Source of the DNA: Polyangiaceae bacterium
GTDB taxonomy: Bacteria; Myxococcota_A; Polyangia; Polyangiales; Polyangiaceae
Direction of reading: 5' to 3'
DNA length: 64,000 nt
NCBI GenBank assembly: GCA_965222375.1
Contig: CBDCTZ010000005.1
Coordinates: forward strand, 32,001 to 96,000
In this document: positions 8,737 to 19,766 of the stretch, one piece after another
Numbering within the stretch: the stretch's first letter is position 1
Layout: each line of letters begins with the position of its first letter
Notes under the pieces: model-generated
Databases searched by the model: none
What the model was told of the DNA's origin: nothing
Seen by the model: only the letters and a program-made list of their open reading frames with translations
Position numbers and translations under genes: made by a program

Positions 8737-11700
8737 TTGTCCACCACCCGCAAGACTCCAAGCACGCCTGACGACCACGGACAGCCATCGGACAGTGGCG
8801 AGCCGCGTGGGTTCTGGGAGGTTGTGCTCGGTTTCTTCGTCGACAACAAACTAGTAGTCGGGATCCTGCTTCTCCTGTTGGTTGCCGGCGGGCTCATGAC
8901 GGCACCGTTCCGGTGGGATGTTGGCCTTCCCAGCAAGCCGGTGCCCGTAGATGCGATCCCCGACATTGGCGAAAACCAGCAAATCGTATTCACGCCTTGG
9001 CCCGGTCGCTCGCCGCGAGACGTAGAAGATCAGATTTCGTATCCGATGACGACGGCGCTGCTCGGCATCCCGGGCGTGCGCACCGTGCGCACCTACAGCA
9101 TGTTCGGATTTTCGACGATCTACGTGATTTTCGAGGAAGACATCGAGTTCTACTGGTCCCGCTCACGCATTCTCGAAAAACTCGCTTCCTTGCCGGCAGG
9201 CACATTGCCTGATGGCGTATCTCCGTCACTCGGGCCTGATGCAACCGCCCTTGGCCAGGTCTACTGGTACTCCCTTGAAGGACGAGACCCAAAGACCGGC
9301 GCGACCGTAGGCGGATGGGATCTCGACGAACTGCGCAGCACACAGGACTGGACCGTGCGCTACGCGCTGCAGGCAGTGGCTGGCGTATCAGAAACCGCGT
9401 CCATTGGTGGTTACGTACGAGAGTATCAAGTCGACGTCGACCCGGAGGCAATGCGCGCCCACAAAGTCACAATCGCGCAAATCGCTGATGCAGTGCGCAT
9501 GGCGAACCTCGACGTCGGAGCGCGCACGATGGAGATCAACCGCGCCGAGTTCGTTGTGCGTGGGATCGGATTCATCCGCAACGTCGAGGACATCGAGGAG
9601 GTGGTGGTTGCAAACCGAATGCATACTCCCATCAGGATTCGAGATGTGGCCAAAGTGGTACTGGGCCCCGCTCAACGTCGAGGCACCCTAGACAAGGGTG
9701 GCGCAGAGGCAGTCGGGGGCGTGGTTGTCGCGCGGTTTGGCGCGAATCCCCTCGAGGTCATCGAGCGAGTCAAACAGAAGATTGAGGAAATCCAGCCGGG
9801 GCTTCCACGGCGGACCTTGGACGACGGCACCGTCAGTCAGATCACAATCGTGCCATTCTACGATCGAACGGCGTTGATTTACGAGACCCTGGGGACGCTG
9901 TCGTCTTCGCTGATCGAAGAAATCCTAATCTCTATGATCGTGGTGCTCGTCATGTTGCGGCACTTCCGAACATCGTTGCTGATCTCGGCGATGCTACCGC
10001 TGGGAGTGTTGGCGGCGTTCATCATGATGAAGGCGACGGGCGTAGATGCCAACATCATGGCACTCAGCGGCATCGCGATTGCCATTGGCGTCATGGTCGA
10101 CCTCGGCATCGTCATGTCCGAAAACATCGTGGAGCGCTTAGAGGCTGCCCCCGCCAGCGCCAACCGAAGCGCAGTGGTTCGGCGTGCCGCAGCAGAAGTC
10201 GCACCAGCGGTACTCACAGCGACGCTGACGACGGTGGTCGGTTTTCTGCCCGTATTCGGTTTGTCCGCGGCTGAAGGAAAACTGTTCACGCCGCTGGCAT
10301 TCACAAAGTCATTTGCCATGCTCATGGCACTGCTTTTGTCCTTGCTGGTTCTGCCCGCAGTTGCACATTTGATATTGCGTAAGAAGAGCCCGCCTCCGGT
10401 CGCGTTTCCGCAGGGACGACGTGGATGGCAGCGCGCGTTGCTAGCACCCTGGGCTGTGCTCGATTGGCTCTTCGTCGGTGCGGGGGTGTTCTTCATCTTC
10501 GCATTCAGCACGGTCGTGGGACTGCTGGTCATCCTGCTCTCGCTGGCCCGCCTGGCCGAGCGAGTTCTGCCCAAACCGTGGTCCCGCATCCCTCCTGCGG
10601 TCGCATTGGGGGCCACGGCTGTAGCAGTGACCATCGTGCTGGCTGACCACTGGTTGCCCCTCGGTGCGGGTCGCGGGTGGTGGGCCAATCGCCTATTCGT
10701 CGCCCTGATCATCGCGCTGATTCTCGGCGCCTTTGCGCTGTTTATCCGCTTCTACGGGGCGATCCTGCGCTGGCTGCTCAGGCACAAAGTGGTCGCGTTA
10801 GGGGTGCCCACCCTCGTGTTCACGTTCGGGATGACCGCGTGGCTCGGATTCAATTCCCTGTTTTCATGGCTTCCGGCTCCGGTGCGCACGTGGGCGCCAA
10901 TCGTCAAGGTCGCCCATGCCATGCCCGGTTTCGGTCGGGAGTTCATGCCACCGCTGGACGAAGGCTCTTTCCTCTACATGCCTACGACGATGCCGCACGC
11001 GTCCATTGGGGAGGCACGCGAGCAGATCGAGAAAATGGACGCCCTTATCGAGGCGATTCCAGAGGTTGAGACCGCTGCCGGCAAGCTGGGGCGCGCGGAC
11101 AGTGCGCTCGACCCGGCGCCGATTTCGATGTTCGAGACGGTAGTGAACTACAAGTCCGAATACCGAGTCGACGACCGCGGGCATAGGATGACATTCCGCT
11201 ATGACGACACGGCTGGGGATTTCGCTCGGGACGCCGATGGCAAGCTCATTCCCGATGCAGACGGGCGTCCGTTGCGTCAATGGCGCGACCACATTCGCAC
11301 GCCGAACGACATTTGGGATGAGATCCAAAAGGCGGCGAAACTCCCTGGCCTGACCAGCGCCCCCAAACTGATGCCAATCGCTGCGCGCATCGTGATGCTC
11401 CAAAGCGGAATGCGCGCGCCCATGGGCATGAAGATCCGCGGACCGACGCTCGAAGCCATCGAGAAGGTCGCCCTCGACATGGAAGCCGCTCTCAAGCAGG
11501 TCCCAAGCATTCGTCCCGAAACTGTCGTTGCTGATCGCGTCGTGGGAAAGCCTTATCTCGAAATCGTAATTGATCGTCCTGAGATCGCGAGGCATGGGCT
11601 TGCCATCCAGCAGGTCCAGAAGGTCATCCAGATTGCCGTCGGTGGCGTGACGTTGACGAGGACCGTCGAAGGACGGGAGCGCTATCCGGTTCGCGTTCGC

Positions 11701-12627
11701 TACCCTCGCGAGGAACGTATGAGTGTGGAGGCTTTGGGCCAGGTACTCGTGCCGTCTCCCCTCGGGCACCAAATACCCCTCGGCCAGTTGGCCAAGATAC
11801 GGTACGTCCGTGGTCCGCAGGTCATCAAGAGCGAGGACACCTTCCTAACGGCCTATGTGACCTTCGACAAGTTGAAGGACCGGGCCGAGGTTGATGTTGT
11901 CGAGGACGCGCAAGCCTTTCTCAGGACGCAAATCGCGTCCGGGGATCTTACGCTGCCGGCTGGAGTGAGCTACGTCTTCGCCGGCAACTACGAGAACCAG
12001 GTCCGCAGTGAGAAGAGCCTGATGGTCCTCTTTCCGCTCGCGGCTGTGATCATCTTTCTGCTCATCTATTTCCAGTTCCGACGGGTCACGACGACGCTCA
12101 TGATCTTTTCCGGAGTGTTCGTGGCCATTTCCGGCGGCATGACGCTTCTATGGCTGTACTCCCAGCCATGGTTCCTTGACGTGCAGCCCTTCGGCATTGA
12201 CCTGCGCACGATACTTCAAGTCCATCCGATCAATCTGAGCGTGGCGGTGTGGGTGGGATTCATTGCGTTGCTGGGCATCGCAACGGACGACGGTGTCATC
12301 ATCGCGACCTACCTCAAGCAGCGCTTTGAGGCGGAGCCTCCGAGCACGATTCAAGATGTGCGCGAACGAACACTCGAAGCTGGCCTCAGGCGAGTGCGCC
12401 CGTGCCTCATGACGGTCGCCACCACGTTGCTCGCGCTTCTACCGGTGATCGCCTCAACGGGTCGGGGCGCAGACGTCATGGCGCCCATGGCCCTGCCCTC
12501 GGTGGGTGGAATGAGTATCGTGCTCATCACTCTCTTTGTGGTGCCTGTCTTGTACTCGCTAACCGAGGAAACTCGCCTGCGCTGGCGGTGGTGGCGAGCA
12601 AGATCTGCCCAAAAGGGCACAACCTGA
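8737..12627 (+). CDS. cusA: CusA/CzcA-family heavy-metal RND permease
   Basis: [62 protein letters not shown] start at 8737 with GAGGA RBS. Confidence 0.92.
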   Translation: MSTTRKTPSTPDDHGQPSDSGEPRGFWEVVLGFFVDNKLVVGILLLLLVAGGLMTAPFRWDVGLPSKPVPVDAIPDIGENQQIVFTPWPGRSPRDVEDQISYPMTTALLGIPGVRTVRTYSMFGFSTIYVIFEEDIEFYWSRSRILEKLASLPAGTLPDGVSPSLGPDATALGQVYWYSLEGRDPKTGATVGGWDLDELRSTQDWTVRYALQAVAGVSETASIGGYVREYQVDVDPEAMRAHKVTIAQIADAVRMANLDVGARTMEINRAEFVVRGIGFIRNVEDIEEVVVANRMHTPIRIRDVAKVVLGPAQRRGTLDKGGAEAVGGVVVARFGANPLEVIERVKQKIEEIQPGLPRRTLDDGTVSQITIVPFYDRTALIYETLGTLSSSLIEEILISMIVVLVMLRHFRTSLLISAMLPLGVLAAFIMMKATGVDANIMALSGIAIAIGVMVDLGIVMSENIVERLEAAPASANRSAVVRRAAAEVAPAVLTATLTTVVGFLPVFGLSAAEGKLFTPLAFTKSFAMLMALLLSLLVLPAVAHLILRKKSPPPVAFPQGRRGWQRALLAPWAVLDWLFVGAGVFFIFAFSTVVGLLVILLSLARLAERVLPKPWSRIPPAVALGATAVAVTIVLADHWLPLGAGRGWWANRLFVALIIALILGAFALFIRFYGAILRWLLRHKVVALGVPTLVFTFGMTAWLGFNSLFSWLPAPVRTWAPIVKVAHAMPGFGREFMPPLDEGSFLYMPTTMPHASIGEAREQIEKMDALIEAIPEVETAAGKLGRADSALDPAPISMFETVVNYKSEYRVDDRGHRMTFRYDDTAGDFARDADGKLIPDADGRPLRQWRDHIRTPNDIWDEIQKAAKLPGLTSAPKLMPIAARIVMLQSGMRAPMGMKIRGPTLEAIEKVALDMEAALKQVPSIRPETVVADRVVGKPYLEIVIDRPEIARHGLAIQQVQKVIQIAVGGVTLTRTVEGRERYPVRVRYPREERMSVEALGQVLVPSPLGHQIPLGQLAKIRYVRGPQVIKSEDTFLTAYVTFDKLKDRAEVDVVEDAQAFLRTQIASGDLTLPAGVSYVFAGNYENQVRSEKSLMVLFPLAAVIIFLLIYFQFRRVTTTLMIFSGVFVAISGGMTLLWLYSQPWFLDVQPFGIDLRTILQVHPINLSVAVWVGFIALLGIATDDGVIIATYLKQRFEAEPPSTIQDVRERTLEAGLRRVRPCLMTVATTLLALLPVIASTGRGADVMAPMALPSVGGMSIVLITLFVVPVLYSLTEETRLRWRWWRARSAQKGTT

Positions 12628-15206
12628 TGTTCGACCCGGTCTGCGGCATGAGCGTCGACCCGAGCGCGCCGCGAGCTAGTGCGCAGCACGACGGCGAGGT
12701 GTTCCATTTCTGCAACCCCCGCTGCGCCGACAAGTTCCGCGCGGACCCCGAGCAATACCTGACCGCAACGGATCCCGTCTGCGGCATGACGCCAAAGCGC
12801 GCCACGGCTAAAGCAGTCCGCCGCCACGGCGGTCAGCCCTACTTCTTCTGTTGCGAAGGCTGCGCCAAGAAGTTCGAAGCAGACCCGGACAAGTACCTCG
12901 ACCCGAACGCCGCATCGGGCGCTCGCGATGCAGCAGCCGAGGCTCCGCGCCCTGGCCACACCGACGGCTACGTCTGCCCAATGTGCCCCGAGGTGCACGA
13001 GCAAGAGCCCGTACCCTGCCCCAGCTGCGGCATGGCGCTGGAGCCGGCGGACCCTCTCGCGGGCGCGACGAAAACCGAATGGTCCTGCCCGATGCACCCC
13101 GAGATCGTCCAAGACGAGCCCGGGGAGTGTCCCAAGTGCGGCATGGCCCTCGAGCCCAGCACAGTCAGCGTGGAGGCAACGGAAAACCCAGAGCTGACGG
13201 ACATGCGCCGCCGCTTCTGGATCGCCCTCGTCTTCACCATTCCCGTCTTCGTGCTGTCTATGGGCAGCATGCTGCCCGGCGATCCCATCGGCCACGCGCT
13301 GATGGGTAGGCGACTCGGCCCCGTCTCCCTGCTTGCCGCCCTGGAGCTGCTCCTGTCCACGCCAGTGGTGCTGTACTGCGGACTGCCTTTCTTCGAGCGA
13401 GCCATCAGTTCGGTCCGCACCTGGAACCTCAACATGTTCACGCTGATCGGCCTGGGCACTGCGGTGGCGTACGGCTACAGCGTCGTGGCGGTGGTGGCGC
13501 CGGGGCTGTTCCCCAAGGAGCTACTCGATCACCACGGCGATGTGGGTCGCTACTTTGAGGCGGCCGCCGTGATCATCACCCTTGTGTTAGTAGGACAGGT
13601 GCTGGAGCTCAAAGCCCGGGGTGCGACCTCCGACGCCCTGAGAGCCCTCCTCGGCTTGGCACCCAAGACGGCTCGGCGCATCGCGGACGACGGCAGCGAG
13701 ACCGATGTGTCCCTCGACCAAGTGCAGATCGGAGATCGCTTGCGCGTTCGACCCGGCGAGGCCGTGCCCGTCGACGGCGCGGTGATCGAGGGCAGCAGCG
13801 TCCTGGACGAGTCGATGATCACCGGTGAGCCCATTCCCGTGGAGAAGGCCGAGGGATCGCCAGTCACGGGCGGCACCGTCAACCAGACGGGCTCCTTTGT
13901 AATGGCCGCGAAACGCGTCGGGGCCGACACGCTGCTCAGCCAGATCGTGCGCCTCGTCAGTGAGGCGCAGCGCAGCCGCGCGCCCATTCAGCGCCTGGCG
14001 GACACAGTCAGCGGCTACTTCGTACCTGCGGTCGTCCTATCTGCGATCGTCGCCTTCGTGGTGTGGATGGCGGTGGGCCCCGAGCCCCGGGTCACCTACG
14101 CTTTGGTTGCGGCGGTCAGCGTCTTGATCATCGCCTGCCCCTGCGCACTGGGATTGGCGACGCCCATGAGCATCATGGTGGGCACCGGCCGCGGCGCCAG
14201 CATGGGGATCTTGTTCAAGAACGCCGAAGCTCTGGAGCGGCTGGAACGCGTCGACACCGTCGTCGTGGACAAGACCGGAACGCTGACCGAGGGCAAGCCC
14301 AAGCTCGACGAAGTGATCGCCCTCCGCGGATTCGACGAAAGCGAGCTGCTCGGCCTCGTGGCCGCGATAGAAAAAGCCAGCGAGCATCCCCTGGCGGCCG
14401 CTATCTTGGCCGGGGCCGGCGAGCGTGGCGTGGAGGTCGGAGCTGCCGAAAGCTTCGAATCCATCACGGGAAAAGGTGTGCGGGGCACGGTGGCCGGCCG
14501 CAGGATCGAAATCGGTAGCGCAGCATTGCTGACCGAAGTAGGCGTCGACGCCCAGCCCTTGGAGGAACGAGCGGCTCCCCTTCGGGAGCATGGCAAGATC
14601 GCCATGCTCGTTGCCATCGACGGAGCAGCGGCCGGGCTCGTGGTCGTGGCCGACCCCATCAAAGCCTCGACTCCCGAGGCCATCGCCGCACTCAAATCCG
14701 AAGGCGTCGGAATCGTCATGCTCACCGGCGATAGTCGTCGTACGGCGGAGGCTGTCGCCAAAGATCTCGGCATCGAGCGCGTGGAAGCCGAAGTGCTGCC
14801 CCAGGACAAGAGCGCGGTGGTCAAAGCCCTGCAAAAAGACGGCAAAGTGGTGCTCATGGCCGGCGACGGGGTCAACGACGCACCCGCTCTGGCTCTAGCC
14901 GACGTGGGCGTCGCCATGGGCTCGGGCACCGACATCGCGATGCAGAGTGCTGGAGTGGCCCTGGTCCGCGGCGATCTGCGCGGCCTCGTCCGCGCTCGCC
15001 GCCTCTCCCACCGCACCATGCAGAACATCCGCCAGAATCTGCTTTTCGCCTTCCTCTACAACGCCCTCGGCGTTCCCATCGCCGCCGGCGCCCTCTACCC
15101 CATCTTCGGCATGCTGCTGTCCCCCATGCTCGCCGCCGCCGCCATGAGCCTGTCGAGCGTCAGCGTGATCAGCAACGCCCTGCGCCTGCGCCGCGTCCCG
15201 CTCTGA
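12627..15206 (+). CDS. copA: P1B-1 Cu(I)-exporting ATPase with two YHS and two CPMH-type metal-binding domains
   Basis: TGE, CPCALG, DKTGTLT, SEHP, GDGVND, YN and MSLSS motifs; TGATG overlap with cusA. Confidence 0.95.
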   Translation: MFDPVCGMSVDPSAPRASAQHDGEVFHFCNPRCADKFRADPEQYLTATDPVCGMTPKRATAKAVRRHGGQPYFFCCEGCAKKFEADPDKYLDPNAASGARDAAAEAPRPGHTDGYVCPMCPEVHEQEPVPCPSCGMALEPADPLAGATKTEWSCPMHPEIVQDEPGECPKCGMALEPSTVSVEATENPELTDMRRRFWIALVFTIPVFVLSMGSMLPGDPIGHALMGRRLGPVSLLAALELLLSTPVVLYCGLPFFERAISSVRTWNLNMFTLIGLGTAVAYGYSVVAVVAPGLFPKELLDHHGDVGRYFEAAAVIITLVLVGQVLELKARGATSDALRALLGLAPKTARRIADDGSETDVSLDQVQIGDRLRVRPGEAVPVDGAVIEGSSVLDESMITGEPIPVEKAEGSPVTGGTVNQTGSFVMAAKRVGADTLLSQIVRLVSEAQRSRAPIQRLADTVSGYFVPAVVLSAIVAFVVWMAVGPEPRVTYALVAAVSVLIIACPCALGLATPMSIMVGTGRGASMGILFKNAEALERLERVDTVVVDKTGTLTEGKPKLDEVIALRGFDESELLGLVAAIEKASEHPLAAAILAGAGERGVEVGAAESFESITGKGVRGTVAGRRIEIGSAALLTEVGVDAQPLEERAAPLREHGKIAMLVAIDGAAAGLVVVADPIKASTPEAIAALKSEGVGIVMLTGDSRRTAEAVAKDLGIERVEAEVLPQDKSAVVKALQKDGKVVLMAGDGVNDAPALALADVGVAMGSGTDIAMQSAGVALVRGDLRGLVRARRLSHRTMQNIRQNLLFAFLYNALGVPIAAGALYPIFGMLLSPMLAAAAMSLSSVSVISNALRLRRVPL

Positions 15207-15233
15207 ACCTCCAGCTGCCACGAACTCCTTCCG

Positions 15234-15353
15234 TGTTTGGTTTGGGGTCGAGCGACGCGCTTCGTGATACCCGACGGGGTGCTGGGGCGGCGTTGGGCCA
15301 CTACTCCCGCCCTCGGCCGAGCGCGAGCGTGACAGCGCGCGCGAGCGTGAGGG
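15234..15353 (+). repeat. Dispersed intergenic repeat, copy A (no intron)
   Basis: TTGGTTTGGGGTCG...GGGCGGCGTTGGGCCACTACTCC...GCGCGAGCGTGAGGG; 15285-15353 is colinear with the reverse complement of 17685-17753. Confidence 0.7.
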
Positions 15354-15467
15354 TGAGCCTGGGTGTGGGCAGACGATTACTTGGGATTACCGGCTGACTC
15401 GGCACATGTGTGTGCCAGGAAGCTGGCACAAGAGCGCCCGCGTTGGGGGAAAGCGGGTTTCGTGTCG

Positions 15468-15483
15468 TGGTATGGGGCTTGCG
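15468..15483 (+). promoter_or_regulatory. Sigma54-like promoter
   Basis: TGGTATGGGGCTTGCG, GG-N10-GC, 14 nt before ATG 15497; palindrome GGCACA-TGTG-TGTGCC at 15401-15416 could be an activator site. Confidence 0.4.
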
Positions 15484-15496
15484 TAAGCGCCGGGCA

Positions 15497-16111
15497 ATGA
15501 GCTCCACCACTCGGTCCGCGTTTGGACTACTTGCACTCGCGCTTACGCTGGTTCCTGGCTGCGGCAGCGCGGAAGCCGACAACGACGCCGCTGATCCCGA
15601 CGGAGGCAGTTCGGGCGGCGCCAGCGCCGGCGCAGGCGGGTCGGGTGGCGTCGACAGCGGAACCGCAGGCAAGGGCGGTAGCGCCGGAAAGCACAGCTCG
15701 GGTGGCGTTGGAGGTTCCGACGGCAGCGCAGGCGGACCGCTCGAGTGCGGGCCGGGCAAGCCGTGCAAAGTGCAGGGCACAACCTGTCAAACCAAGACCG
15801 AGCGTTGCTACTGCGAAGTGGGCTCCGGTCTCGCCTGGCAATGCGATGATCTCGCTTGCCCACCCAAAGGGTCGCTGTCCGGACCCTGCACCCAGGACGG
15901 GCTCCGATGCGGTGCAGGTTTCGAGAATTCGGGCAAAGCCTGCATCAGCGGGCAGTGGATTCAATGCCTCCAACCGAGGTCGACTCCATGGTGCCCTCCG
16001 ATCAACCCAGGTGACGCTTGCTGCGTTGACCCGAGCTTCGGTCCACCGGATACCTGCCCCGGGCCTGACGGCCTATATCGTTGCGTCGGGTCGAAGTGGA
16101 CCAAGCAGTAG
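15497..16111 (+). CDS. Cys-rich lipoprotein
   Basis: Lipobox LVPGC, Gly/Ser linker, three small disulfide-type modules ending C..xxW. Confidence 0.75.
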   Translation: MSSTTRSAFGLLALALTLVPGCGSAEADNDAADPDGGSSGGASAGAGGSGGVDSGTAGKGGSAGKHSSGGVGGSDGSAGGPLECGPGKPCKVQGTTCQTKTERCYCEVGSGLAWQCDDLACPPKGSLSGPCTQDGLRCGAGFENSGKACISGQWIQCLQPRSTPWCPPINPGDACCVDPSFGPPDTCPGPDGLYRCVGSKWTKQ

Positions 16112-16182
16112 ATGGTTGTGCGTGGGCGCACGGGGCCCAACAGCGCCGAACCAACCGGGCCCCCTCGCTCCGGGGCTCCGGC

Positions 16183-17470
16183 CTCATGATTGATCGTATG
16201 TCGGTAAGTCGGGGTTTTCGTGAGCGAGCAGCCACCCTTTTGTGAGCAGGAGGATGTCTTCGTATCCGCGCCAGAGAGTGAGCCATCCAGGGTCGCCGTT
16301 TCGCTTCAGATGTCCGCCGAGTCCGGCGATCGCAAGCATCGCGTCTCGTGCACTCGGGTTGGGCGGCAATGGTTTCCGAGCCGCACGCTTCAGCACCTCT
16401 AGTTGCGCCGGACGTAGGACCTCGGAGGCCGGAGCGTCGGGGTCTTCGCGTCCGGCGTTTCTAATCAAAAGCAACTGCCAGGCAATGGGAAGAAGGAGTG
16501 CCAGCGCGTTTTGCAGGGCGTGACGGCTTTCGAGTTGGCGTTGCTCCATGGAGCAACCAGTCTTCACGACCTTGAAGTACTCCTCGATGACCCAGCGCCC
16601 GCGATACCAATCAACGACCTTCAAGATTGCTTCGGCGGTGTCAACGGGCTCGGTAGTGTAGAGCACCCATTCGACGCGCGTTTCTCCGTCAGCCGTCTCA
16701 ACCTCCCACACGTGGACCACGTTTACGTTCAGAGTTGCAGGGAGTTGCTCCGGCGCGCTCCTCGGTCGCTTTAGCGAGACACTCTTTGCCGCGAAAGCAA
16801 GCTTCGCCATACGAGCCTTGCGCGGCGGGTGTATCTGTTTGCTCTTCGGTCCCTTGCGTCTGCCGGAGCGCGCTCAACGGAACTTCGCGGTGCGCAATCG
16901 CTTGATACGACAGGCTTTCTCGTACATTTTTGGCGCCGAGGTCAGCGGGGTTCGTCAACATTCGATTGTGCTGCAATCGAATCACGTAGCGCAAACCGTG
17001 TTGTTGCATCGTGCTAAAGAGCTCGTAGTCGTCCGCCTCGCGGTCCATCACGTGCACCACCTGGCCAGACCTGAAACCAAGTTTCTCGACCTTCTGTACT
17101 TGCTCCACCCAGCGCTCGTGCTCGGCAGTCGCAGCCTTGCCCACGTGCGTCCGCAGACCGAGTACGCCCTTTGGCGTGAAGTATTCGTCGAGCGCCAAAG
17201 TCATATGGGCATGGAAGCACTGGTTTCCGTTGTGCTTTTTTGGATAGACCCTCGCGCTCACCGTCCGGCCGGAAAGAAAAACTGGTCGTGTCGTGCACTG
17301 CCAAGCACACGCCTTCTCCGAGTCGCTTCAACGTCGCTTCGACGTGCGGTTGCAGGATTGCCCCCATGGTCACGCTGCCATTGTTGAAGAATCGATACGC
17401 TGCCTCCAGCGCCGATTCATCAAACACCTTCGGAAAACTCGAGGCAGGGCGCTCCGCCAGTCCCACTGAT
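16183..17470 (-). mobile_element. Decayed IS4-family (IS50/Tn5-like) element; transposase pseudogene in three frames, 5' end missing
   Basis: AAYRFFNN...VHDTTSFSF, then HVMDREADDYELF...VIR, then WVLYTTEPV...YRGRWVIEEYFKVVKTGC...GGHLKRNGDPGWLTLWRG; frameshifts at about 17240 (A6 run) and about 16870 (GC dinucleotide run). Confidence 0.9.
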
Positions 17471-17583
17471 TGGATAGGTACGGAGCATGGTGAGTTTCCT
17501 TCCTGCGCGCTCAAGCGCACGCTTTCAAAAAAACCACCCAACCGCCAGCGCGCGAGACCCTGGGGAATCCCCGACGGGGGACA

Positions 17584-17646
17584 GGTCGGCTCAAGGCTGG
17601 CTGCGCAGCAGCCACCGGCGAAGCCGGCGAAGGCCTTGAACCGACC
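17584..17646. other. Branched palindromic DNA/RNA structure
   Basis: Outer stem GGTCGGCTCAAGGC/GCCTTGAACCGACC enclosing GGCTGC-GCA-GCAGCC and CCGGC-GAA-GCCGG hairpins. Confidence 0.65.
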
Positions 17647-17684
17647 GAGCACGCTGGCAGAATCAAACTAGCCAGCGAACGCCG

Positions 17685-17763
17685 CCCCTACGCTCGCGCC
17701 CGCCGTCGCGCTCGCGCACGGCCCACCGCAGGAGTAGTGGCCCAGCGCCGCCCGGGCGCCGCT
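17685..17763 (-). repeat. Dispersed intergenic repeat, copy B, 3' half (3' exon of the intron)
   Basis: Minus strand GGGCGGCGCTGGGCCACTACTCCTGCGG...GCGCGAGCGTAGGGG matches copy A; the 5' half lies at 19733-19751. Confidence 0.7.
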
Positions 17764-19732
17764 CGGGTGGGCCTGGTCGGTTTCCCTTCCAGGCCTCCCA
17801 CAGATCCGGACGTGCGGGACTACCGCATCCGGCTCCTCACACTACGGATTCGCTACGTTTAGTTTGCGCGCTGATCGTCGAATTCGCGCTAGCTGGAGCG
17901 GATATCGCTTCAGCAGGCATTTCATCTTCGGCCAGTTCATGCGCGATCGCCAAGAGCGGCGGTCGAGCCATTTGCGCCACAGACGGATGACCCAGTGTCG
18001 GAAGTGTCCAATCGCTTTCGAGTTTCCTGATTCCGTAATAGTCGAAGTGACCTTTCAACTTCTTCCTCAGCATCTCGCACTGCTCTTGAATTGGGTCGTG
18101 TCGGCAGCGTTGGCACCACTTGTTGATGCGCGCTAGCGCACGGCTCAAGCGGTCCTTGGCGGTCTTCTGCTTCACCACCCAGTTGCCCTTCCGGGATTTT
18201 GCCCAGAAGTGCGTGAAGCCGAGTAGGTCGAAACTGCCTGGACGTCCGCCACCTTCATCAGGTGGGCGTCGGTCCGGACGGCGGAATTCAACCAGTCTCG
18301 TCTTGTCTGGGTGCAGCGTCAGGCCGTACTTGTCGAATCGCTTCGGCAGTACTGCCATGACGCGGCGCGCATCTTCTTCGCACGAAAACATCATGGCGAC
18401 GTCGTCGGCGTAGCGGACGAGAATCGCACGACCTTTCAGTCGTGGTTTCACGTCACGCTCAAACCAGGTGTCGAGCACCTCGTGTAAGAAGATGTTCGCT
18501 AGTATTGATGAGATTAGGCCCCCTTGTGGCGTGCCGGTTTCTGGATAGCTGAGCGATCCATCCTCCTGCACACCCGCCTTCAGCCACTTCCCTATCAGTC
18601 GGAGCACGACTCCGTCACGCACCCGCTGGTGGAGCACCTCCCGAAGTTTGGCGCGGTCCAGGCTGTCGAAAAACTTGCGAATGTCGACCTCCAAAACCCA
18701 GCCACCACCCATTTTCACCGCCTCGTGTTGCACAACGGCCAGCGCATCATGTGCTGACCGTCCTGGCCGGAAGCCGTACGAGCAATCGAGGAAATCTTGC
18801 TCGTAGACCGCTTCCAGAGCCATTGCGATGGCCCGCTGCAAGACCTTGTCCTCAAACGTCGGAATGCCGATGGCTCGCATCTGCTTTCCGTCCGCCTTCG
18901 GAATTTGGACTCGCCGCACAGGTGGGGCTCGGTACGTCCCGGACTTCGCTCGGTCGAGCAGCGACTGGAGGTTCTCCTCCAGGTTTTCCGCATACTCTGC
19001 CGCGGTCTGTCCGTCGACGCCCTGGGCGCCACCCTTGCGCGTGCGCTCATGCGCTTCGCGCAACCATTCGATATCGATGTGATGGGACAGCGACGTTAAC
19101 GCTACCCCGGGCATTTGCTTCGCCAGCTCTGCTATCCGTTCGAGTCTTGTTGAGACACTTGTGGAGCTTGGTCTCTCCGACATCTTTCTCTCCTAACGGT
19201 TCCGTTGTGTGGCACTCCCTTCCCTCCACAGGGTCGCTTGGACACTTCCCCTGCTTCGACGGCTACTATGGAGCGCTCGGCCTTCTCGCCGCCCGTCCTG
19301 CGTCACTTCGTATTCCTTCGATCGGCAGTACCTTCCTTGCGAAAGGAGACGACGGGATTTCCCAGGTTCCTGGGGGACCTTGGCGCGCGTGCCTTGCTCA
19401 TCGACCCCGGTGGGTCCGCTGCATTCCATCGGACCATTCGGGCTGGCTGCCCTACTCTCTTCTGCAGCGATGTTGCCTTCCGCTCTGGGTCGACGGCGTC
19501 GGCACCCACATCTAGGTTCTTTCGGGGCTCAATCACACGGCCCACACGCTGGCTGTCTACGCTTCGCAGCTTTCCTTCCCGCTTTCGCAGTCGTACGGCC
19601 ACGCAAGACTCGCTTCCGGCTGGTGGTCCACCTTGGCCGGCCGGGACTTGTCACCCGCGAGGTCCCAGCATGAGGTTTCTTTCTACTTTCCTCTAGTTGA
19701 CCTCCTCCTCATCCAGGCTTTGCCTGGCGCAC
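17762..19732 (-). mobile_element. Group II intron (probably bacterial class E-like, no endonuclease domain)
   Basis: 5' GTGCG at 19732; domain V GAGCCGGATGCGGTAGTCCCGCACGTCCGGATC at 17835-17803; domain VI ending CCACCCGAG; RT ORF inside; 3' end at 17762 or 17764. Confidence 0.92.
17842..19183 (-). pseudogene. ltrA: Group II intron reverse transcriptase/maturase, frameshifted in domain X
   Basis: [39 protein letters not shown]; after YYGI (about 18028) the conserved tail [17 protein letters not shown]...RYPL...VANP* is in another frame ending at 17842. Confidence 0.88.
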
Positions 19733-19766
19733 CGACCCCAAACACCCAAACGCCTTCAGCGATGTG

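Noticed and set aside
15301..15360. Repeat copies A/B as a conserved small ORF ending ..E*
   Set aside because: Differences between copies are mostly non-synonymous in that frame, which fits a non-coding repeat.
17235..17243. AAAAAAG run in the transposase as a programmed -1 frameshift
   Set aside because: Joining the frames needs +1, not -1. A second frameshift and the missing 5' end indicate decay.
17837..19183. RT as a retron, DGR or defence RT
   Set aside because: Flanked by GTGCG and domains V/VI and carries domain X, so it is a group II intron.
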